From Candidatus Gottesmanbacteria bacterium (GTDB taxonomy: Bacteria; Patescibacteriota; Microgenomatia; 2-02-FULL-39-11), in contig JACREK010000001.1 of the NCBI GenBank assembly GCA_016218275.1, forward strand, positions 1-35,458: DNA of 35,458 nucleotides. The letters run 5' to 3'. The notes below the pieces were generated by a model. The model was given only the letters and a program-made list of their open reading frames with translations. It did not search any database and had not been told where the DNA came from. Within the stretch, counting starts at the first letter, position 1. Each line of letters begins with the position of its first letter. Positions 27,369 to 34,336 of this stretch are shown here, piece after piece. A program made the position numbers and the translations under genes.

Positions 27369-27574
27369 GCCGCGGTGCTGGAACTGGCAGACCACAAAAT
27401 GGGCGGGTGCTGGAATTGGCAGACAGGTAAGTCTCAAAAACTTATGGCAGACAACTGCCGTGAGGGTTCAAGTCCCTCCCCGCCCACACGTGGCAGGCAG
27501 GCTAAAATGTGAGGGTTTACAGTGAAAAATCATCGCAATGATTTTTTACTGTTCAAATCTCTCCCGCGGCACCA
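27369..27574 (+). other. Split class II tRNA-like sequence enclosing the tRNA-Leu gene (disrupted tRNA or pseudogene?)
   Basis: GCCGCGG (27369-27375) followed by TG and a Leu-like D-arm. At the 3' end: GAGGG (27511-27515), a 36-nt palindromic insert, TTCAAAT, CTCTC, CCGCGGC, A, CCA (27552-27574). No anticodon arm is present. Confidence 0.4.
27401..27486 (+). tRNA. tRNA-Leu(CAA), class II
   Basis: Folded by hand. Acceptor GGGCGGG/CCCGCCC is a perfect 7 bp. U8. The D-loop carries GG. Anticodon stem TAAGT/ACTTA with loop CTCAAAA. The 17-nt variable arm pairs GGCAG/CTGCC. T-arm GAGGG-TTCAAGT-CCCTC. Discriminator A. CCA is not encoded. Confidence 0.9.
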
Positions 27575-27622
27575 AAAGGGCTTGCACTGAAAATTTTCGA
27601 CAGAAAATTTGAAGTGTTCGAC

Positions 27623-28771
27623 TCACACCCTCGGCATCCTGTCTAACATAGTTAAATCTAAAGGCTTTTCTACTAATAATTGTATTCTTCCATCAGGAGG
27701 ATAAACTCTATTTAATTCTTTAACTCGCTTAATATTGTGTCCAGATAAATATCTAACTATTCCTTCCTGTCTTACTCCATCCAACCAGTCAAAAACTAGG
27801 GGAACTTCTCTATCTAACATTTCCAATTGTCCATCTTTTCCAGGAGTCGACTTTCGCCAATCGAATGAAATATCCATAACGCCTCCAACTTTTAGAGTAT
27901 AAAGCGCATTAATTAGTGCTATATGCGGATATCTCATATAGGTAAAAGCTGTGCGTGATAAAACAACATCAAAACTTCTCGAAAATTGCTGGGGTAATCT
28001 TTCGGCTAGTCCAAGCAAATGTCCACCTCTAAGAGGAAAAACACTTAGCTGTGGTTCACGAGTTAAATTCGTCACCGATGAATGACCCTCCATCTGTTCT
28101 AATTCGTTGGCTGCTAAACCATTACTGCCACCTATATCTAAAATAGCGATTTCGTCTGTGGGATTTTTCTTTTGGGCTTCCCGTGTAGTTTCTAATAATT
28201 TTTTTAAATCATCCTTATTCCTATAGTAGCTGTGTCCGAGTGGATCGATTAAATTCCTTGTTCCCCAAGGGCAAAGTGAATTTGTTTGGGCTAGACCGTC
28301 AACTTCAGTCACTACCCGTGCATCTAACCATATTTTTGGATCTGTTAATAAAATTGCTTTTGCTTGAGGAGATAAGAAAGGAAGATGATCTTTACGTTGC
28401 ACTCGACTGGCTAATTTTCCTGTTATAAATAGAGGGTACTCCCATTCCCTAAATGGCCTAGTGGAATCATAGCGAGAAGAATCAGTAACATAAACTACTT
28501 TTCTATCTCCAAGTGCTCTATACTTAACTCTTTCATTATAATCCTCGTATAGTTTTGTAATATCACTTCGCAAATTTTGTTCTTTGTCTACAGGAAGAGG
28601 AATAAGGGGCTCTGCGGTAAAATATGCCTCTACGATTTGTCCAATCTCTTCATTTTCAAGACTTCGAAACTTACCTGCAAAAATATTGTCGAAAAATATT
28701 TTTGTAACAGGATGAAAATGTTTTGGAATACGCGATGCTGTTGTATCAAGAGACTCGATTACTTTTGACAT
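27623..28771 (-). CDS. Hypothetical protein with C-terminal class I SAM-dependent methyltransferase domain
   Basis: 382 aa. Motif I ILDIGGSNG, then FDVVLSRTAF and LKVGGVM. I do not recognise the N-terminal 200 aa or so. Confidence 0.6.
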   Translation of the reverse strand: MSKVIESLDTTASRIPKHFHPVTKIFFDNIFAGKFRSLENEEIGQIVEAYFTAEPLIPLPVDKEQNLRSDITKLYEDYNERVKYRALGDRKVVYVTDSSRYDSTRPFREWEYPLFITGKLASRVQRKDHLPFLSPQAKAILLTDPKIWLDARVVTEVDGLAQTNSLCPWGTRNLIDPLGHSYYRNKDDLKKLLETTREAQKKNPTDEIAILDIGGSNGLAANELEQMEGHSSVTNLTREPQLSVFPLRGGHLLGLAERLPQQFSRSFDVVLSRTAFTYMRYPHIALINALYTLKVGGVMDISFDWRKSTPGKDGQLEMLDREVPLVFDWLDGVRQEGIVRYLSGHNIKRVKELNRVYPPDGRIQLLVEKPLDLTMLDRMPRV

Positions 28772-28936
28772 TACTTGGTATTAATTGTACGCGATAGATA
28801 GTGTAAAATCAAAAAGGAAAAATTACCGGCAGTGCTGGAAAAGAATTACCCTTCCTTCTTCTCCACTCCGTAAATCTGATCCAGTTAGCTTCACTAAAAT
28901 GGCAACTATTTATTTCTTGACAATTATCTACATTTA

Positions 28937-28958
28937 CGACAAAATACTCCTCGAGGGA
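28937..28958 (+). repeat. 22-nt CGACAAAATACTCCTCGAGGGA, copy 1 (overlaps promoter/5' end of the PaaX-like gene)
   Basis: Identical to 29663-29684. It ends 4 nt before ATG 28963. TTGACA lies at 28917-28922 upstream. Confidence 0.8.
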
Positions 28959-28962
28959 TAAA

Positions 28963-29613
28963 ATGTCGCCAAAGAATTTACCATTGCCAGATGAAGAAAA
29001 AATCACTACTCTTTGTAAAATTCTCCAGCGAAAATTAACAAAGGAAGAAACAAGGAGAAAATATGCCCCGGCGAAACATATACTCACGCTTTTGGGGGCT
29101 GGAGCTTTTCTCACAATGGCAATGATAGCTCCCAATACAATTCGACTGGGAAAGACATTTTTGCAAAACGATGACTGGAAAAATTGGAAGAAATATAATC
29201 CATTTTACCTGCGTAGAGCCATAAAGCGATTACAAAAAGAAAAATTAGTGGAAATATCTGAAGAAAGTGATCAACAAGTAATTAAACTTACTCAAAATGG
29301 AAAAAGAAAGATCATCAAATATTCTCTTGCCGAATTAGAAATTGCCACACCAAAGTCTTGGGATGGTAAATGGCGAATAGTAATCTATGATGTAACTTCT
29401 GCTAAACATGATCTTCGGACATCTTTTAGAGAGACACTAAAAAGTCTTGGCTTTCTACAACTCCAAGAAAGTGTCTTTCTCATCCCCTACCCGTGTGATA
29501 AGGAGATAACTTTCTTAAGAGAATATTATGGGGTTGGCAATGAGGTAATCTACATCATCGCTCATAAACTGGAAAATGAGGATATATATCGTGATTACTT
29601 TGGATTAGTCTAA
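28963..29613 (+). CDS. PaaX-type protein: N-terminal winged-helix-like region plus Cas2-like ferredoxin-fold domain
   Basis: 216 aa. WDGKWRIVIYDV...RTSFRETLKSLGFLQLQESVFLIPYP matches the beta1 (IVxYDV) and Q-x-SVF signatures shared by the Cas2 and PaaX middle domains. Confidence 0.6.
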   Translation: MSPKNLPLPDEEKITTLCKILQRKLTKEETRRKYAPAKHILTLLGAGAFLTMAMIAPNTIRLGKTFLQNDDWKNWKKYNPFYLRRAIKRLQKEKLVEISEESDQQVIKLTQNGKRKIIKYSLAELEIATPKSWDGKWRIVIYDVTSAKHDLRTSFRETLKSLGFLQLQESVFLIPYPCDKEITFLREYYGVGNEVIYIIAHKLENEDIYRDYFGLV

Positions 29614-29660
29614 GGATTAGTCTAAACTAATTCTCATCTCTGAAATTAGATAAATATTTA

Positions 29661-29696
29661 AGCGACAAAATACTCCTCGAGGGAAATTTTGTCGCT
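29661..29696 (+). terminator. 36-bp near-perfect palindrome (copy 2 of the 22-mer) followed by a T-run; probable terminator of the PaaX-like gene
   Basis: AGCGACAAAATACTCCTCGAGGGAAATTTTGTCGCT, then TTTTAA. The outer stem is 11 bp. Confidence 0.5.
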
Positions 29697-29710
29697 TTTA
29701 AGACTTACCT

Positions 29711-29748
29711 TTGACAGAATTTGACATGACAGAATTTGACAGAAACTG
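29711..29748 (+). repeat. Tandem TTGACAGAAT repeats
   Basis: TTGACAGAATTTGACA / TGACAGAATTTGACAGAAACTG. A related GACAGAAAATTTGA lies at 27599-27612. Confidence 0.75.
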
Positions 29749-29795
29749 TATGTTCTTCTTACTTGCTCTTCTTATGCTTCTTACTTATACTCTTC

Positions 29796-31130
29796 TTATT
29801 CTTCTTTCTTCTCTGCCTTCTCTACTCCGTAGAAGCGGATGCGGTCGCCCTTGAATATAAGATCTATTTCACCTAAAGGGCCGTTCCTGTGTTTGGCAAT
29901 TAATAATTTTACCATCTGATGATCCCATTTCTCCAACTCCTGCTCTTCCCGATACAAAAACATAACCACATCTGAATCTTGTTCTATAGCGCCTGATTCC
30001 CGTAAATCCGCCAGTTGCGGAATTTTGGTACCTCTGGCTTCTACGGCTCTGGAAAGCTGTGACACTGCCAATACCGGAATTTTTAATTCTCTGGCTAGAT
30101 TTTTGAGCGACTGGGAAACAATTGAAACCTCCTGTACTCGATTATCGAAATGTCTTCCGGGATCAACCAATTGCAGATAATCGACAATCAGAAGCTTCAA
30201 ATTATGAGCAATTTGAAGCCGGCGGGCTTTGGTACGCATCTCAAAGATATTAATTCCCGGAGTATCATCTATATAGATAGGCGCCTCGGAGAGCTCTCCC
30301 ATTGCTTCGGATAATTTGGTGAAATCTTCATCTGTCAGTTTGCCTGTTTTTAATCTCCAAGCATCCACATCTGCTTGGGAAACGAGTAATCTGTCTACTA
30401 ATTCTTCTTTACTCATCTCAAGGGAAAATATCCCCACAGGCAATTTTTCATGAACACCAATATATTGAGCACAATTGAGGACAAATGCTGTTTTCCCCTG
30501 TCCGGGACGGGCTGCCAAAATCAATAAGTTGGAATCCTGCATCCCTGCCAGTTTATTATCCAAATCAGCAAATCCGGATGGTATACCGCGAAGCGCCGAT
30601 CCGCGTTTGTGCAATTCATCAAGCCTATCGAAACTTTCTGCCAGAGCGTCTTTAACCGGTATAAAATCCTGGCGTGAGCGCTTCATGGCAATTGACAATA
30701 CTTCTTCCTCTGCCCGGTCAAGAATATATTTCACCTCCACCTTTTCATCAAAGGCAGACTGAGATATATTGGCAGAACTGTCGATTAACCTTCGCTTGAT
30801 ATAATTATCCGTGACAATTTTGCTGTAAACTTCTATATTGGCAGAGGTTGGAACAATATTGGTTAATTCCGTCAGAAATGCCGCACCCCCGACTTCTTTA
30901 TATTTACCCATCTTTTTCAACTGTGAAGTCACGGTAACTATGTCGATAGGTTCATGCTTCTCAAAAAGTGAGCGCATGGCAGAGTAGATATGAGCATGAG
31001 TATCTTTATAGAAAAATTCCGGAAGGAGAAAATCTACCACGTCAGAAATTGCATCTTTGTCTATAAGGATGGCGCCTAAGATGCTGGCTTCTGCTTGCTC
31101 ATCATGAGGGGGAATACGAGCTTCAGGCAT
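29796..31130 (-). CDS. dnaB: Replicative DNA helicase DnaB
   Basis: PPHDEQAEASILGAIL N-terminus, Walker A AARPGQGKTAF, IVDYLQL, SQLSRAVE, and an arginine-finger region. The track start at 31154 is a TTG inside repeat G, so ATG 31130 is preferred. Confidence 0.9.
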   Translation of the reverse strand: MPEARIPPHDEQAEASILGAILIDKDAISDVVDFLLPEFFYKDTHAHIYSAMRSLFEKHEPIDIVTVTSQLKKMGKYKEVGGAAFLTELTNIVPTSANIEVYSKIVTDNYIKRRLIDSSANISQSAFDEKVEVKYILDRAEEEVLSIAMKRSRQDFIPVKDALAESFDRLDELHKRGSALRGIPSGFADLDNKLAGMQDSNLLILAARPGQGKTAFVLNCAQYIGVHEKLPVGIFSLEMSKEELVDRLLVSQADVDAWRLKTGKLTDEDFTKLSEAMGELSEAPIYIDDTPGINIFEMRTKARRLQIAHNLKLLIVDYLQLVDPGRHFDNRVQEVSIVSQSLKNLARELKIPVLAVSQLSRAVEARGTKIPQLADLRESGAIEQDSDVVMFLYREEQELEKWDHQMVKLLIAKHRNGPLGEIDLIFKGDRIRFYGVEKAEKKEE

Positions 31131-31136
31131 AATAAC

Positions 31137-31229
31137 AATTATCCAATTATCCAATTTTCAAATTATCCAATAATCAAATATTACTGATTGGATAATTTGT
31201 TGATTTGAGAATTTGTTGATTGGATAATT
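31137..31229. repeat. ATTATCCAAT-family palindromic element, copy G (complete)
   Basis: It contains the identical 41-mer at 31189-31229. The stop codon of the MBL gene (31229-31231) sits at its edge. Confidence 0.9.
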
Positions 31230-31879
31230 CATTCCAATACTACCACCGTCAACTCCGTTGGCAATCTATCTTTTGTAACACTCAATTTGGGAATAGGTTT
31301 TGTGTCCTCTTTACCCATTTCCTTCAGAAATACATCTACACCGGATAAATTGGAAAATATTTTTTGATTATGCAGTTTGGTATTATAATGCATGGGAAGA
31401 ACGATTTTGGGCTCAAGCTGGGAAATCACTTCTGCTGCAATGGGAGCTGATATAGTATAAACCCCACCAACCGGAATCAGCAAAATATCCACTCCGTCAA
31501 GAATTTCCAATGATTTATCATCCAATTTATGACCCAGGTCTCCCAGATGAACCACTGATATTCCGTCTATTTCAATTCTGTAAATAGTATTTTCTCCTCT
31601 CTCTTTCCCATTTTCGTTGTCATGAAAACTAGGGACACCTATGATTTTGATACCTTTCACTTCATATTCACCCGGGCCGGCAATTATAAGAGGACTGCCG
31701 GAAACTCCGCCGCTATAGTTATGATCGTCATGTCCGTGAGAAATTGTAACGACATCAGCTTCAACTTTAGGAAATTTGCTGCCGAGAGAGGCAGGATTAA
31801 AAGGATCGGAAACCAAAGTACCCGATTTTCCTCTTAATTTGAATGAAGAATGTCCAATATAAGTGATTTCCATAGGCAA
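31229..31879 (-). CDS. MBL-fold metallo-hydrolase
   Basis: 216 aa with the HxHxDH motif in ISHGHDDHN. Confidence 0.8.
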   Translation of the reverse strand: MPMEITYIGHSSFKLRGKSGTLVSDPFNPASLGSKFPKVEADVVTISHGHDDHNYSGGVSGSPLIIAGPGEYEVKGIKIIGVPSFHDNENGKERGENTIYRIEIDGISVVHLGDLGHKLDDKSLEILDGVDILLIPVGGVYTISAPIAAEVISQLEPKIVLPMHYNTKLHNQKIFSNLSGVDVFLKEMGKEDTKPIPKLSVTKDRLPTELTVVVLE

Positions 31880-31957
31880 GTTCTAGTTGTATCATTTTTA
31901 TTTCGACTTGACAAGAGGATAATTTGCCTTTAAGATGAATGGGGGAATTTTCCTGCA

Positions 31958-31992
31958 TTCATCCCGATCCGCCAGCTGGCGGAGAGGGATTT
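31958..31992 (+). promoter_or_regulatory. 35-nt stem-loop module upstream of the 32001 gene (exact copy of 25613-25647)
   Basis: TTCATCCCGATCCGCCAGCTGGCGGAGAGGGATTT. The extended stem pairs ATCCC with GGGAT around CCGCCAGCTGGCGG. It ends 8 nt before the ATG. Confidence 0.6.
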
Positions 31993-32000
31993 TTCACATT

Positions 32001-32432
32001 ATGAAACGGGACGTCGTAATAGCAATTTTTATTGGCTTAATATTAGGCGGAATAGGAGCCTTGCTTGCTACCAGCTTGCCCGCCATTATTAAACAAAGAT
32101 CTCTCTCAACGGATAAGCTTTTGCGTCTCTCTCCCACTCCACCTCCGGCCGACCTGACGCAGCTGCCGACTCTTGATATTACTCAACCCAAAGACCAAAG
32201 TATTTCAGATAATAAAACATTTGATCTGGTTGGCCAAGTGAAATCCGCATCATTTGTTTTGCTGGAAAGCGGTACGGAATATAAAACCATCCAAGCCTCC
32301 GCTGACGGCTTGATTAAAACTCAACTAAATCTTTCCGAAGGGGCAAATGAAATCTATATCAGCGCTTATGATAACAAGGGACAGACAAATACCAAACAAC
32401 TGACTGTCTTTTACACCAGCGAAAAATTATGA
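32001..32432 (+). CDS. Membrane-anchored hypothetical protein (TM anchor, Pro-rich linker, beta-rich domain)
   Basis: The track start at 31935 reads through the repeat module. ATG 32001 (MKRDVVIAIFIGLILGG) gives a clean signal anchor. Confidence 0.55.
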   Translation: MKRDVVIAIFIGLILGGIGALLATSLPAIIKQRSLSTDKLLRLSPTPPPADLTQLPTLDITQPKDQSISDNKTFDLVGQVKSASFVLLESGTEYKTIQASADGLIKTQLNLSEGANEIYISAYDNKGQTNTKQLTVFYTSEKL

Positions 32433-33217
32433 AGAAAAAAATAATTTTTATAACCATTATAACCGTTATAGCCATTATAATTTTTAACGTCAGCCCGAAT
32501 ACATTGTCGGCTGCTTCTCCCACTTTGTCTCCGTCGGATACTGTTTCATCTCCATCAAGCACGATAATAGATAAACTGAAAAAAATTGAATTGCTTAAAG
32601 AAAAAATCGCTACAAAAGTAGCTGAAATCAGAGCTTCAGAAAAAGCAGCTGTCAGCGGGTTAGTTACAAAATTTGATAAATCCAAATTAACCGTCAAAGC
32701 AAGATTTGGTGATATTACCGTCACTTATATGGAAGATACAATCTTTTATTCCTTTACCGATTCAGGCAAAACCGAGGGAAGCGCAGCAAAAATAAAAGAA
32801 GACAGTCAAATTGCAGCCTTTGGTTATTTCGATGAAACCAAAACAAATCTTTCTGCCAAGTATGTCTATCTTTATCAACCGTCCATTCATCTGATAGGTA
32901 AAATTGCCGATATGGATAAAGGGAACTACACCATAACCGTAAAAGAACCACAAGGGACAACGCTGGTTGACATAGAAACTTATTCCAAAATCTATATCCT
33001 CACTGCGGATAAAAAATTGGCAAAAGGAGGTTTTTCCAAACTTAAAATCGGAGATATGGCGCATATAGAAGGAAATCCAAACAGCAAAGAAGAAAACCGT
33101 ATTTCCTCAACCAGAATAATTTCTCTTTCCTTTGCTCAACCGACTCCCCTCTTTTCCCCTCCCCCATCTCCCAAAAGCGGCGATTCGGAATCTTCCTCAC
33201 CTTCAGCAAATCAATAA
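32429..33217 (+). CDS. Secreted or anchored hypothetical protein with Ser/Pro-rich tail
   Basis: 262 aa with an N-terminal hydrophobic segment. It overlaps the upstream gene by 4 nt (ATGA). Confidence 0.55.
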   Translation: MKKKIIFITIITVIAIIIFNVSPNTLSAASPTLSPSDTVSSPSSTIIDKLKKIELLKEKIATKVAEIRASEKAAVSGLVTKFDKSKLTVKARFGDITVTYMEDTIFYSFTDSGKTEGSAAKIKEDSQIAAFGYFDETKTNLSAKYVYLYQPSIHLIGKIADMDKGNYTITVKEPQGTTLVDIETYSKIYILTADKKLAKGGFSKLKIGDMAHIEGNPNSKEENRISSTRIISLSFAQPTPLFSPPPSPKSGDSESSSPSANQ

Positions 33218-33229
33218 TTCTCCCCAATC

Positions 33230-34336
33230 ATGATAAAAAGAATCGAAAAAGTCAGAAATGTTATTAAAAAACAAAATCTCGATGCGCTTTTTGTCACTGA
33301 CCAATATAATGTTACATACCTAACTAACTTTGCCGGACTGTCTCCAAATGAAAGAGAAGGCTTCCTGCTAATTACTAAAAAGCACGCTTTTCTTTTGACT
33401 TTTCCCACTTATTTTGGGCTTTATAAAGAGGGCGGAGCGGGTTTTGCTACATTAAATATCACTCATGCAAAAAGATTAACAGATCATTTAGCTGAAATTA
33501 TTCGAAGAGAAAAAATTAAAAGTGTTGGATTTGAAAAAGAAAATCTGACGATAGCCGAACTGGAGTCTCTAACAAAAACGGGGTCAGACCTTACAGGATT
33601 TAAAGGTCTGACCCCAACAAATGGAATTGTTGAAAAACTAAGAGTTACAAAAGATACTAATGAATTAGAATACATAAAAAAGGCGGCCGCCTTCACCGAC
33701 CTCGCCTTTGATTTTATAAAAACTAAAATTAAAAGAGGCATTACCGAAAAGGAACTGGCTTTGGAACTGGAATTTTTTCTCAAACAACGCGCCGATGACA
33801 TTGCTTTTTCCCCAATTGTTGCTTTTAACGAAAACGCAGCTATTCCCCACTATCTCCCTTCTCCCTTCTCACAACTCACAAATCACAACTTAATTCTCCT
33901 TGATTTTGGCGCAAAGGTCGGCGGTTACTGTTCGGATATGACCAGAGTGATTTTTTTCGGAAAACCAAAAGCCGGGCTGGCAAAAGCTTACCAATCCGTT
34001 CTTGCGGCACAGAAACTGGCGCTAAAGATTTTAAAAACCGGTTTAGTATGCGGAGCTATCGATAAATCCATAAAAAAAATTCTTACTTCCCAAGGTTATC
34101 CGCGTTATGAACATGGGCTTGGTCATGGAGTAGGACTGGCAATCCACGAAGCGCCAAGACTTAAGATTGGCAGTAAGGAAAAACTAGCGGAAAATATGGT
34201 TGTGACTGTTGAACCGGGAATTTACATGGAAGGTAAATATGGCATAAGGATAGAAGATTTGGTAGTATTAAGAAAGGATGGAATAGAAATTTTATCCAAG
34301 TCACCTAAGTTACTTAAGGAACTTATAATTTTATGA
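33230..34336 (+). CDS. M24-family Xaa-Pro aminopeptidase/dipeptidase
   Basis: 368 aa. Metal ligand motifs: LLDFGAKVGGYCSDMTR, HGLGHGVGLAIHE, VTVEPGIY, IRIEDLV. Confidence 0.85.
   Translation: MIKRIEKVRNVIKKQNLDALFVTDQYNVTYLTNFAGLSPNEREGFLLITKKHAFLLTFPTYFGLYKEGGAGFATLNITHAKRLTDHLAEIIRREKIKSVGFEKENLTIAELESLTKTGSDLTGFKGLTPTNGIVEKLRVTKDTNELEYIKKAAAFTDLAFDFIKTKIKRGITEKELALELEFFLKQRADDIAFSPIVAFNENAAIPHYLPSPFSQLTNHNLILLDFGAKVGGYCSDMTRVIFFGKPKAGLAKAYQSVLAAQKLALKILKTGLVCGAIDKSIKKILTSQGYPRYEHGLGHGVGLAIHEAPRLKIGSKEKLAENMVVTVEPGIYMEGKYGIRIEDLVVLRKDGIEILSKSPKLLKELIIL

Noticed and set aside
28809-29135. 108-aa minus-strand ORF in the divergent promoter region
   Set aside because: It overlaps the 5' end of the PaaX-like gene and its promoter, and it has no motif or SD.
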